A stretch of DNA of 64,000 nt from the human T2T-CHM13v2.0 reference genome, Homo sapiens, in NCBI RefSeq assembly GCF_009914755.1, contig NC_060938.1, one strand, 5' to 3'. Below, piece after piece: positions 13,975-28,495 of this stretch (position 1 is the first letter of the stretch; each line of letters begins with the position of its first letter). The notes below the pieces were generated by a model. That model was not told the origin of the DNA and did not search any database. It saw only the letters and a list, made by a program, of their open reading frames with translations. The position numbers were made by a program, and so were the translations under genes.

Positions 13975-15062
13975 CTGTACTGCAGAAACTGCCTCACCTG
14001 CATGTTTCACATCTTTTAGGCCATGTCGTCTTTTGAAATGAGTGAGCCACCCAGCGTTAACTTAGAAGGTTTTAACATTGTCTTGACTCTGGGTAATGTG
14101 ACCATACTTTTTTTTTTTTTTTTTTTTTTGTCTTTCAGCCTCATAAGTCAATGCTGTCAACTATACTTTTAACAATTGATTGTTATCTCATGAATTCATA
14201 AATCTAGCCACATTTTAGTATTTCCGTAACTTTATGACATGCTGTAAATGTTATCTGAGCAATTTCTGATGTGGTCTCCTGTATAGTCAATGAGTTTCCT
14301 CTTCCTTTGTCTGGATATAGCATATTTTTGAATCATTAATATTGAACTCATGGCCAACTGCACTTTGTTCAGCTCATGCCTGAACAAAGCTTATGTAAAA
14401 CATGTGTTTTCTTTATAAGGCACATCACAGCCTTCTTGTGCTTAAAATAAACTAGACAGCCAGTCTGTCCAGTACTATGCTTAAGAGCCATTTTCGACCA
14501 GGCACGGTGGCTCACACCTGTAATCCCAGGATTTGGGGAGGCTGAGGTGGGTGGATCACGAAGTCAAGAGATCAAGACCATTCTGTCCAACATGGTGAAA
14601 CCCTGTCTCTACTAAAAGTACAAAAATTAGCCGGGCCTGGTGGCACATGCCTGTAGTCCCAGCTACTCGGGAGGCTGAGACAGGAGAATCGCTTGAACCC
14701 GGTGGGGTAGAGGTTGCAGTGAGCCAAGATTGCGCCACTACACTCCAGCCTGAGTGACTGAGCAAGACTCCATCAAAAAAAAAAAAAGACCAAAAATGCA
14801 AAAAAATGTGCTAACAAATAAACTGTAAAAATGACACATATTTATAGTATGAGAACCAAATAAAGAAAGTAGAATGAGTGTCACCTTGTTCAGCCTCAAC
14901 TAGAAACAGACACATTGGGTAATTAAAATTTCTTGTACTTCTGTGCAATTCTATGAGTGACCATGAAGGTCTAGTGTGTATCGATTGTGACATTACAAAT
15001 ACATTTCAGCAAGAGGACAAATTCACAAATATGTAATCTGTGAAAATAATAAGGATTGGCTA
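13975..15062 (-). mobile_element. TcMar-Tigger DNA transposon remnant (MER82-like end plus transposase 5' fragment)
   Basis: Right end resembles the MER82 terminus (...AATAAGGATTGGCTA followed by TA); minus strand 13981-14106 encodes F*VNAGWLTHFKRRHGLKDVKHAGEAVSA. Confidence 0.8.
14496..14787 (+). mobile_element. Alu, AluSc-like, inserted in the Tigger remnant
   Basis: GATCACGAAGTCAAGAGATCAAGACCAT (Sc-type); full dimer with poly-A; no TSD visible. Confidence 0.93.
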
Positions 15063-16317
15063 TATTTAATAACACTAGAATGCAAATATATGAATGGAAT
15101 GATATCCAAAAACTTCAGGATAGTGCTTAAGTCTAGCAAGGAAGGAGGTAAAAAGGATGTTTACGTGGGTCTTAGATTTATCTGCAACATTTCATTTGTT
15201 AACAGAAAAAAAAATTTCAAACAATTATTGCAAAATGCTGTCTCTATAATCTCTGATAAGTATAATTGTCTTATCAATTATAGAGAAAGTATAATCTCCT
15301 TTCTCTAGTTTTAAAATATTTGAAATACTTTTAACATTGTATGTTAAATTTTAAGGACATTTACAAATTCTATTTGGAAAAACTTTTAAAATATAATAAA
15401 AAGTTTCATGGGAAGGGGAAATTTGGGCATATTGTCAGTTTTGGCACAGAAGGGAGATTTTGAAATATCTATTGTTTGAAGCACAAATCTGACAAGTGAA
15501 GTTTCAGAGGCCTAGATCTACGCTGACTACTAAAAGGGTCTCTTCCAATATATTTAGAAAATGGTTTAATTGCTGTAATTTTCAATACATATTTGACTGT
15601 GAGACATTAACATTCTTAATATTCAGTGACTTAAAAACTTAAATCTATGAAAGTATCCTAAGAAGTCCTATAAGGCAATCTCCAATTATTGATAGCATGC
15701 TCTTCATACATATCCCCAATAATTTTGACCAACTCTGAAATGGTGACCTCCTATTCCTTAAAAACATCAATTTCTTTCTTTCCTGCATATACTATCCAAA
15801 TAGAATGCCTGCTATTTTCTTGGACAAGTAGTAACCCACTATTACTGATTAAATACTCTGAGGACCAGGATGTTTTTAGTTACCATTTTTTTCCACACAG
15901 ATGATTGCAATACTTTATTATAAACTCCCTGAGGAAAAATTGCTTATTTTTTTATCATTATACCAAAACTGTCTGGACCTTGGCCACTGTGGCTAGAAAT
16001 AATATTTATAGCCCAAGCTACACAAGTTCAATAAAGACTATGATTACTGTCAGCACTCAGAAACTGCATCTTCTAGCTGTAGTGTAGTATCAAACATGGC
16101 AGGAACATTGCTTAAATGAAGCAGTGAGAAATTTCAAAAGGTGTAAAACAGATTCTCATCATCCTTATTTCTTAAACGTTATTTATAACCATATTGAAAC
16201 CAATTTGTATGAGTCTTTGTTAATAGAGAAAACAAATATTTGTTTTTGTTATCTATTTGTTTTTAAATAACAAATCAGCATAAGTCATTTGCATGCAGGT
16301 CATTATGTATTGATAAT

Positions 16318-16960
16318 TGTATCGAAAGAAATTTGGCCTCACTCAAAGAGACATCTGACATTTTTTTCTGGCTCCCAGGAGGTAAAGTCTAAAGCATTGG
16401 AATTTCCCCAGTGCTAAGAGTTTCCATATTATTTCTGATGAGTTGCTCACACTATACCTAATAGTTGATGTTAACAAAGTGACTCAGGGTGGGGCTGGCC
16501 ACACATGATAGTCTTAGAGTAGGGACTGGCCATGCCAGAAAGACTAACCAAAGGAAAGAATTAGATTGGGCTTTTTGGTCATGCTATATCATTCCACCTC
16601 TGGGAAGGGAGGGATAGGGAGACTGAGTTCAATCATGTGAACAATATAATCAATCAATCATACTTAAGTAATGAAGTCACAATAGAAACTCTGAAGACTG
16701 AAGCTTGTATGAGCTTCCTGGATTGGCAATGTACTATGCTAATTGTCACATACTAATACTGGAGCATAACGTGTCCTGAAGAAAAAGAAAGCTTTCTGTT
16801 TGGAACTTTCCCAGACTCTGTGCTCTGTGTTTCTTCCCTTGGCTAATTTTAATGTATCTTTTCCTATAATAAACATGGCCATAAATATAACAGTTTTCTG
16901 TGAGATCTGTGAGTCTTTAGTGTGAATTATTGAAACTGAGGGCAGACTTGGTTGTCTGCA
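16318..16960 (+). mobile_element. MER21/MER77-family solo LTR
   Basis: GGCTCCCAGGAGGTAAAGTCTAAAGC; CAATCAATCATACTTAAGTAATGAAG; AATAAA; GTGAATTATTGAAACTGAGGG. Confidence 0.75.
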
Positions 16961-17574
16961 GAACTGTCTGCTTACCTCAAAGTCTGGCAAACTTTGAAAT
17001 AATGATATATTGTTTTCTAGAAGCAGGTTTAAGCTGAACAGAAAGCTAACGTTTTAGTTTTCTGACAATTGGGAGAGAAGGGCTACACATCAACTATTCC
17101 AAACCAAAATACATCTTGTTACATATTTTTAAATATTTCATAAGTTTATTAAGTAGTGTGTTTATTTATAATAAGACATCTTATTTACATTCCTTGGTGT
17201 ATATTTCCCAAAAGTATATCCAGAATTGTTGTAAAATAATGTTGCCCAAAGTGATACACTCTCTACATGAATATATTATGCATATTTTGTTTAAGCTGAG
17301 ACAACATTGGATTATCCCTGACTTAAAAATCTTTCTGAGTAAAACAATTTCAGCAATGTTGAGTGGAAAGAACTTGAGTGTCAATTGTGCATTCCTTTTT
17401 ATATGGGAACAGAGTCAAAACAATCATCTACAAATAATCAAAGCTTGTTTTATACCTGTGTACTAAGCTCACCTCAGACTGAAAGAAGAAACACTTCCAT
17501 TGTGGTACATATCCTAGCATGGCACAGCACCTTGTCTTAACTTAAAAACAAAACAAAATAGTGTGGAGTAGCAG

Positions 17575-17750
17575 TCGTTGGAGATTCTGTGGGAGGATAA
17601 AAAGGGGGTGAGGGATGAGAAATTACATAATGCATGTAACGTACACTATCCAGGTGCTGATTACATTAAAAGCCCATACACTAAAACCCCAATATATCCA
17701 TGTAATAAAACTATGCTTGTATGCCTTAAATGTATACAAAAATAAATAAA
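17575..17750 (+). mobile_element. L1 3' UTR end (L1MA/L1PB-age)
   Basis: GGGGTGAGGGATGAGAAATTAC...CAATATATCCATGTAATAAAAC...A-rich tail. Confidence 0.75.
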
Positions 17751-18218
17751 TATCATGATAGCCAACCTACTTTCGGTTTGATTGCTTGTTCAAGTGTACG
17801 TGTCTGTGCAACTGGTAGCATGGAATAATTATTTCCACGTATCTATTAGTGAGTATGATTTTGAGCTACCAAAAATCAAATCAAATTTCAGTTAATAAAA
17901 GTATTATTATTTTTTATTCTTCATTATTCCTATTATATAAAATACATGTATCACAACTGTCTTTTTGGTATTCTAAAATACTTCCTAGATCAAGCCATAC
18001 TCACAAAGACTAAGACACTGTGACAGAGACTACTTATTCTCTGCTAATCATTCTACCCATTCACCACAACAAAAAAGAAAAAGAAAAAACAAAACACCCC
18101 TGATTATTATCTGGACACATCACTCCCAAGGATAAATATTATATTTCTTATTCCTTTAGCTCTAGATGTGCCTGTGTGATAGAGGCTTCTTAATGGCAGC
18201 CTTGAAAGAATAGAACAG

Positions 18219-19695
18219 GGTTAAGGACATGAATAGACAGTTCTCCAAAGAAGATATACAAATGGCCAACAAATATGTGAAAAAATTCTCAACATCGCTA
18301 ATGATCAGGGAAACGCAAATCAAAACTACAATGTGATACCACCTTACTCCTGCAAGAATGGCTATAATCAAAGAATAAAAAAAAAGTAGATGTTGGCATG
18401 GATGCAGCGATCATAGAACACTTCTACACTGCTGGTGGGAATGTAAACTAGTACAGCTGCTATGGAAAACAGTGTTGAGAGTCCTTAAAGAAGTAAAAAT
18501 ACAACTACAATTTGATCCAGCAATCCTACTACTGGGTATCTGTTCCATGTGAGAAATGTGCGTGGGGCGAGGAAAAGGTGCACACACAATTCGTTTAAGG
18601 GTAAACAACCTTTATCCCATGTAATGGCAAAGCAGATATAATAAGAAAATGATATAATCAGCAGATGATATAATAAGCAGATTAATACAATAAGCAGACT
18701 GATATAATAAGCAAATTATAATAGGAAGGGGAGAAGGGAAAAGATATTTACACTCACCAGACTATGGAGGATTCACCACCAGATTGGGAAGCAACAGCCT
18801 AGGCTCCAGAATCAGAAGGAACAGCCTGGGCTCCACAGTCGGCCACTCGTCTGTGCAGAGATGAGGAGAGGTCTCATGAAGCTTTGGCACAGTCTGGGAC
18901 CCTAGCTCTTTTTGTAACAAGTTTTTTGGCATGAGGCCCAGTCACGAGGGCCCTTCCCCACTGAGCTCAAGGAACACAAAAAGGTCAACTTGTTTTTTGT
19001 GATTCTCTATTGTTTTTCAATAACTAACGTATAGGAATAGATTGAAGTAGAGATTTCTTGGAAACAGAGCTGGATGAAGCCTCAAGGGGCTCACACAACC
19101 TGTTCCAGGACTTGGTAACCATTGTTTGTGTCCATGTTCAATTGAGTTCAAATTTAATGTTTAACTTTTCCTCCACAGTATCTACCCAGAGAAAAAGAAG
19201 TCATTATTCAAAAAAGATACTTGCACATGCATCTTTATAGTAGCACAATTCACAATTGCAAAATCGTGGAGTCAACCCAAATGTCCATCAATCAATGAGT
19301 GAATAAAGAAATTGTGAGATATATATGATGGAATACTACTCAGCCATAAAAAATAATGAATGAACAGCATTTGCAATAACCTGGATGAGATTGCAGATTA
19401 TTATTCTAAGTAAAGTAACTCAGGAATCGAAAGCCAAACATTGTATGTTCTCACTGATATGTGGGAGCTAAGCTATGAGCATGTAAAGGCTTAAGAATGA
19501 TACAGTGGACTTTGGGGACTTGGGGGGAAGAGTTGCGGGGCAAAGGAAAAATACAATAAATGTGGTGTAGTGTATACTGCTCAGGTGATGGGTGCACCAG
19601 GATCTCACAAATCACCACTAAAGAACTTACTCATGTAACCAAATACCACTGGTTCCCCAATAACTTATGGAAAAATAAAATAAAATTTAAGAAAA
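18219..19695 (+). mobile_element. 5'-truncated L1PB1-like element, interrupted by LTR18B
   Basis: ORF2 end and 3' UTR (CAAATCACCACTAAAGAACTTACTCATGTAACCAAATACCAC); 15-bp TSD GAAAGAATAGAACAG (18204-18218) / GAAAGAAGAGGACAG (19696-19710). Confidence 0.9.
18541..19177 (-). mobile_element. LTR18B ERVL solo LTR
   Basis: Reverse complement starts TGTGGAGGAAAAGTTAAA; perfect 5-bp TSD GTATC at 18536-18540 and 19178-19182. Confidence 0.9.
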
Positions 19696-20346
19696 GAAAG
19701 AAGAGGACAGTTATCTTGGCATACAAGGACACAAGCCTGCAGTCAACGACAGGAATAAGATGTTGCCATCTCATCTGAGCCTCTTTAATCATATGGTTTC
19801 CAAAGATATTCCAATAATTTAGAGGAGATGAGGGACTGGGATGGAGCTGAGCATGGTCCGTAAGGAAAGAACCACAGTCTTCAGACTCAACCTATATCTA
19901 GGCAAGATCTGTAGCTTTTATTAGTTATATATAAACCCAAAACTAAGTTGTCAAAGAATCACTTTCACAGAAAATCCTTCTTGGCTTGCAAAAGCCAGTC
20001 GTTGTTTAGTCCCTAAAGTTACCAAGAATAACACTCCCAGTCCCCCCAGCCCCACTCTACCACCATATCCACAACAATTGCATCAGCAGGATGCTGGTTA
20101 GGAATTTGGCAGTCCCCATAAAGAGCATTCATAACACAGTTAACTTAAGATATGACCATGAAAAATCAATAAGGAAGAACTTCCCAGGGAGTTATGGTTT
20201 GCCAGGTAAGCTAGCCAAATAATTTGTACTTTATAATTCATATATGGTAAGATTTGATCATTACTATAGACATGTAAGTACTATATGTTTCTCATTATAC
20301 TTTTTCCCAAATGAGAATATCATGATTATTTTGTGTATTCATGCAT

Positions 20347-20591
20347 TTGGGGATGGGCAAACTATGCCCCAAGGACAAATCTGACTTGTTGTATTGTGTG
20401 TGTGTGTGTGTGTGTTTGTATGTGTGTGTGTAAGTACAGCTTTATTGGAACATAGCCATGCCCATTCATTTTGTCTCTGGCTGCTTTCACCCTTGAGTGG
20501 CTATTAAATAGTTATAACAGAGACAATATGGCCTGCAGAGCTTAAACTATTTACCATCTGGCCATTTACAAAAAAAGTTTGGTGATCCCTC
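20347..20591 (+). mobile_element. MER58A hAT-Charlie MITE with internal (TG)n
   Basis: GGCAAACTATG...TTTATTGGAACATAGCCATGCCCATTCATTT...CTGGCCATTTACAAAAAAAGTTTG. Confidence 0.85.
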
Positions 20592-23186
20592 GTCTATATT
20601 ATCATTTTATATTGAGCATGTTAAGACCAAATTAGTTGTTTCTAGACTAATGGTAGCTATATCATACTGAAAGGAAAAGATTGAACATTGACTAGAGTGT
20701 CAGAGAAAAATCCATTTTTTCTCCTTCCTATAAAAAGCAAAAAACATATATAGTTATCTACACTGCATGTTGTTGGACCCTTGAAAAATGTAATTTTCTT
20801 TAATTACCCTTTTTAGTAATAACATCTATTTATATTAAGGATTCTTGTAATAAATAGTCCTATGAGCTTTTTATTGTACATTATAAAGATATTATCGAGA
20901 AAGATATTATTGAGTTTTTAAATTCATTATGTTATATCATACTATACATTCATTTCTCCCAAGAGAAATGATCATGGTGCCTAATGATATTAAAAATCTT
21001 CTCAGAAGTTTGTTTTTATCTCATGAATATAATAAATTGTGTAAATGATACTAACTTTGCCCTTTTTTCAAATTAAAATTTAAATGACAAATTTATACTT
21101 CACTTTTGGTGAACTGGTAAATTCTGAAATTGAAAACCACTCCAAAAGTCCATGATATTGCTGAAACTGCTGAAATATATGTCATTAGGCTGAGAGAGGC
21201 TAAAGAACGTCCACAGCTAGAGAGGAAGCCTACCCTACCACCTAGCATCCAGCTTTCAATCCAGTTTTCTTCTTGTATTTACATAGGCAATAACTCATAA
21301 AAGTAAAAATAAAATTGTGTTTTTACAGGTGAAAAGAAAGCACTTGATAATGCTTTGAATATAAAAAAGGGGCCTAAAATGGTCCTTATTTAGAAAATTT
21401 AAAAAAGAAACTAAAAATAGAATAGCAAATTCTCAATACTGCCCAGATTTATGGCATTCAAAAACATATATAGTCATTCAATAAAATAAATTTGTGGAGT
21501 GTTATCACCACTGCAAAAGTTGCTCAATAATAGTGATGGAATTTTAGTAAAATTTGAAAAGACCGGTAACTGGTCCTTTGAAGTTGTGTAGTCCCAGGAA
21601 ACATGGCATTATTTTAAAAAGTTCTTTGCCTTTGTGAAAGCACAAGAGAGAAAAAGAGCATTAGGGTTTCTTCTTGACTGCGGAAAAATACTTAGAAAAG
21701 AAGGGGTATAACCAGAACAAGAAAGTGCAACAGTAACGAAACTCACTTAGTTTTAAAGCAAGATGCCTCTGAAAGGGGAGTATCATGGTTAAATGCAGCC
21801 AAGCACATACTGATTCTTCCGTTGTGGTAACGTGGGATGTTTGAGCTCTGCCTAATCTATAGTCGTGCTAATCAAAAGTCATGACAAAAAAACAGAGAAA
21901 TCTTATTCTTCCATTGGGTATCCCATTAAAATACCTGCATCATGGCACAGCTTATTTTAACATGATTTCACAGTTATATGTGTGCTAAAGTGGAAATTCA
22001 CAAATGTAAGTTTTTGAAGAGACTGTAAGTGATTTTCCTTAGAAATGTCAGCATTCTACTCAGGTTGCTTTTGCCAAAGTCACCTAAATTGAAAAGATCC
22101 CTCGCTGACTGGCATAGCTTCTCCACATCCAGTCTTTAAATGGTTTCATTTCAACAGTCTCACTGAAATCCAGCTGGCTCATACCCCGATTATAATAAAA
22201 ATCCGAAGTCTTGTTAATTGACTAGAGAACAGAATTTGAAATTCTGACAGGAAGTATTTCCTCACCCTTGATTGAGAAAAACAGTGCACAGATGGTCAAG
22301 GTGATGCACATTCGTGTGCCCTCAAAGATTTATTTCTTTCCAATTCTTATGTCAAAATAGTGCTTAATAAAAAAATACAAATAAATAAATAAAAGGAAGC
22401 TCATCTCTAACCTCTGGTTTAAAGTGTTCATTGTTAACTCCTATTATAATTTAAGTTTTTAACGGATTCACTTACCCTTGCCTGCCTGTAGTTTAGATTA
22501 CTGCATGAACTTCCAATTCTACCACAAGCAGAAGTTTCTATGGCAATTATAATTCTTTCTGAGGACAAGAACACTGAGGTCACATCACATCAGTACTTTC
22601 TGCCCTGTACTGATACCGATCAAATTCTGAAAATAATTTAAGGTTTCGGTCCTTAGCCTTAGGGCACAAAACTCGATAGAATCTAGCAATTTCAGAAACC
22701 TTATCATGTTCGACACCACATTACTCACAGCAACTATTTTCAACAAGCAGTCTGTGGTACTGATCCTAAAACTGAAATAGACAAGATTCTAGGTCAGAAT
22801 ACTCCTTTAAAATCAATGGAATTGTAGAAATTAGTTTGAAAAATTCTATCAGGATATTAGAACATTCTCAAAGAACTTGGCAACAATTTAGCAGGTTTAT
22901 TATTTCACTTGTTTATCAAAGTATTCTTCAAGCCATAATTTTGTGAAGTTTCCTCTCCTATTTCCAAACTATTTTACAGTTTCTCAAAGGTCGTTCCTCC
23001 ATTCACTCAGCCTAATTCTCCACATTTTTACCACTTACTTGACAAAAAATCAAAAGCCAAATATCAGGAACACCTTCTCTGTCTACTCCTTTCTTCCACC
23101 CAATTATATCTGTATTTGCAGGTAAATTGCAAGAACAAAAATTGTTTAAGTAGCAAGCTGTTTATTTAAAAATATATATATAACCC

Positions 23187-23583
<397 letters not shown>

Positions 23584-23689
23584 TTATCTGTCCTTTTCCA
23601 TCTCCTTTCTCTCTTTTTCCTCTCTCAACAGTGGAACATTAAAAAAAGGAAGTTACTACAAAGTAAAATTAGATTTAGGACAAAACTGA

Positions 23690-23940
23690 AAATAAGGACA
23701 GCAAACAAACAAAGAGAACCTGAGGTCACAGTGGCCTGGGTGAGAGTTTATTTACCCTTACTAATCCATGAGACTATGTGCTTCAAACCAAACTGATCCA
23801 TCCCAGAGAGTGGATCTCAATTAGTTGTAACCAGTATCTTGAGATATTACCATGAAAAGTGTACCTGGTGGCTCCTGGGAAGTTTTACTCACTCTTAAAA
23901 GACAAAAAAGTAGGAAAAGATGGTTTCTGCTTATATCAGT
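23690..23940 (+). mobile_element. Old MLT1 (MLT1K/J-like) LTR, 5' part
   Basis: GGCTCCTGGGAAGTTTTACTCACTCTTAAAAGA motif; the probable 3' part lies at 25790-26030. Confidence 0.45.
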
Positions 23941-24009
23941 CATAATATGATCAGAGAAGCAGAGCCCTACCCATTCTTAATTTCTTTTAGTTGGGGGTGG
24001 GCAGGAGTA

Positions 24010-25155
<1,146 letters not shown>

Positions 25156-25374
25156 TTTCTCCACCTCTTCTGGTTTAGAATTAGTGTCTTATATTCTATA
25201 TTTTAGTGATGGTCTTTTATATTTTATTATTATTTACCAGAAACAGATCCTAATAAATTTTGAATACTCTTTTTTTTAAATTCTCTGTTTCAAAAATCTT
25301 TGATTTGATTGAGAATTCCACTCTACAATTTCCTGTGAAAGTTTAGCAACTGAGCCTAAGTATGTATTCAATAG

Positions 25375-25700
<326 letters not shown>

Positions 25701-25789
25701 TGGGTCAGGACTTCTGTAAAAGCTTTCTTTACAAAGCGGTCTGAGTTAACTGGAAGGCTATTTTGCCCTTGACACTTCTTAGTAGCTTA

Positions 25790-26030
25790 CTTAATTGTCT
25801 TGATGTCTTGCAATTGGCCATGATGGGAGACGGTGCAATCACTGACTTACAATTAGTGCAAAATATAACAAGAGAAAGAGTCTACATTTCTGATGACAAC
25901 ATGGAGCTGCCGTCTTTGCCCTAGACTGCCGTCCTGTTTTATCTTATGATAAAAAATAAATCTCTAACATGTTTAAGACAGTCATTTTGGATTTCTGTTA
26001 CCAGAAGCCAAACATAATTTCTAATAATAC
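25790..26030 (+). mobile_element. Old MLT1 LTR, 3' part
   Basis: TGATGACAACATGGAGCTGC...AAATAAATC...GTTTAAG...TTTCTGTTACCAGAAGCCAAAC. Confidence 0.55.
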
Positions 26031-26257
26031 TAAACAAACTTTATTTTCAGTTACTAGCCTCACACCCCTCTCCAAAAGTTACTTAAAACAGGTGAAATCT
26101 AATCAACTTCATCCTTTATTGGAGGGTGTGGTTATCTTTAACTTCACTTCAATATATTTTTTGGTGCCTTGTTTTATTACGCCCACAAAATAGATTTCTT
26201 AATATTGCTTTATAACTTGATATTTATTTCAATTTGTTTGTATTTCTTTCCTTATTT

Positions 26258-26475
26258 GTTAAAATGGCTTAGATCCAAAAGACAGGCAATAACAAATGCT
26301 GGTGAGGATGTGGAGAAAAGGGTACTCTGGTACATTGTTGCTGGGAATGTAAATTAGTACAACCACTATGGATAATAGTTTGGAGGTTCCTCAAGAAACT
26401 AAATATTGACCTACCATATGAACCAGCAATTCCACTGCTGGGTATATAGCGAAAAGAAAGGAAATCAGTTTATCA
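26258..26475 (+). mobile_element. Internal L1MA-like fragment (end of ORF2) without 3' UTR or poly-A
   Basis: GTTAAAATGGCTT..ATCCAAAAGACAGGCAATAACAAATGCTGG...GAAAGGAAATCAGT. Confidence 0.85.
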
Positions 26476-26479
26476 TTCC

Positions 26480-27290
26480 TTCTTGACCTCAGCTGTATCT
26501 TATGATTCATTTCCTTTCTTACCGAAGTACATTCTTTAAACCTTTTTGCTGTGCATCTGTGGACAGTACACTCAATTTTTATTTCGGAAAACATTGATCT
26601 GGCTTGAGAAAGATAGATAGCTTGGGACTTGATTCAAAGTTGAATTTTCCATCTGTACTTTTAGGATATTCCATTACTTTTATGTCTTCTATTATTTCAC
26701 TTGAGAAGTCTTCCTCCAGTATAATTTTCTATTCTTGGAAAATGATCTGCTGATCCTCTCTTGATTATTGAATTCACATATTTTATCAATTCTGGAATGT
26801 CCTTAACCATTCTCTGTATTTTCTATTTTTGAAAAATGGCTATTTAACTCTGTCCACCAAATCCATTAAGCTCCTTGCCATATTTTGGATTTGATTTTCT
26901 CTCTGTTCTGCATTCCAAGGAGATTCTTCATGGAGTTATTTCTTCAAGCTTCCACATGATATGTTTATCTATTCATAATCAATCAATTAGCCCATTCACT
27001 GTACTGTCTAATTTTACTTTCTAAATTATTTAGCTTTAGAAGTTTAGTTTTCTCTTTTTAATTTTTTTCCAAATTATCCTAGCAATGTGGAGAAACACTA
27101 GTTTTCTGCTCACTGTTACTAGGTTTACCCCTTACCTTTTTGAACATCTTATGTAATATAATACATTTCTGATAATTCTATTTTCTTAAGTTATTAGAGG
27201 TACTAAATTTGTTGTGTTTTTGCTGTTTTTGTTATTGTTGCACTGTTGTTTCTCCTGAGTTTCGCTCATTGTTGGTTGTTTCTTTCTAAG
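26480..27290 (-). mobile_element. Ancient L1/HAL1-like fragment
   Basis: T-rich sequence with reverse L1 5'/ORF1-like motifs (TTGAGAAGTC, CTGATAATTCTA); highly diverged. Confidence 0.4.
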
Positions 27291-28374
27291 TTATACACAA
27301 GGGTACTTTAAAAGAATAGAGGATTTTGAGAAAGGTGAGTAGAGAATGATCTACAATAATCATGAGAGGCACTTATAGTCACCTCAAGATCCTGTGTATA
27401 TTGATCATGAGAAAAATTTGTTAAAACTATTGCTATGTGAGATGACTGAATGAGCAAGAAGTGTTTCCAGAGGAGATCTAGGCTTCATTTAGAGAAAAGG
27501 GATAAGCAAACATTCAGAGAAGAAGTAAGGGTATGGGAAAATTTTTGTACATATTACTAGGTCTGACAGGCACAATAAGAGGCATTTACCAGAGGAGGGG
27601 ACAGCTTGGTGAGTGACTGAATCAGATCAGCAGATAAAAGAGAAATATGGGAATAAGTGAGTACTGGATGTCTAGGGGAATGGGGATTCTGCAGGGCCTA
27701 AGGTAAGCAGGAAAATAACATATGATGAAATTCTTCTTGACTGTCACTTAGGATAAAGTCTAAAAATTTTGCTCTCTAGGAGCTACACTCCTAAAGAGTA
27801 TAGAACTTGAGCAAAATATGATCTCAAAAGGAATATACGGAGTTCGGTGGGCCTGGCTTAAATTTTCCTAACATTAGAACCCAAATCTTAATAGGTGTTA
27901 ATAATAGCAACCTATTTTTTGCTAAATTATCAACAACAGTAGAAAATAATTAAAAATAGACAAATAATATCTCCATTTCAATTTCTATATTACCTGAAGT
28001 AACGTCTAAACTCTTCTGGGCTTTAGATTCCTCCTCTTTAAATGAAGAAATTAGACAAAATAATTTTGCCTTTACAGTTTTGTATGACTAATTCTTCCAA
28101 AATTTTTTCAGTATGCACAATAGAAACTCATCAGAGTACATTAATTTGGATTTTACAGCTCAGTATCTAAACTACTTTTTATACTTTTTGTATTAAAAGA
28201 ATGATGGAAAGATTTCAGATTGAACCCTTAAAATTCTCTAGATCAGAGAGAATAGAGAGACATGAGACATGTATATTATAAAATAACATGCTTTTCAGAA
28301 ATAAGAAATTTTTTAGTCAGTTTTCTTAAGTACTTTTATAAATTTTATTCTTTCTACAAAAAAAAAAAAACTTA

Positions 28375-28495
28375 ACAAATAAGAATTTGCTGTATGCCAG
28401 CCATGATCTCCATTTATTTCTCCCAACACTTATGTGACAGACACCTTGTCCCCATTTTGCAGATGAAGATGTAAAGCACTGGAAGTTTAACTGCC
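28375..28495 (-). mobile_element. MIR SINE fragment
   Basis: Core CCCCATTTTGCAGATGAAG. Confidence 0.6.

Noticed and set aside
17116-17466. 116-aa ORF
   Set aside because: Non-ATG start, I/L/F/K-rich composition from AT-rich DNA, no recognisable homology.
18632-18715. Short repeated GATATAATAAGCA units resembling an array
   Set aside because: Tandem units inside LTR18B with no unique spacers, in eukaryotic DNA; not CRISPR.
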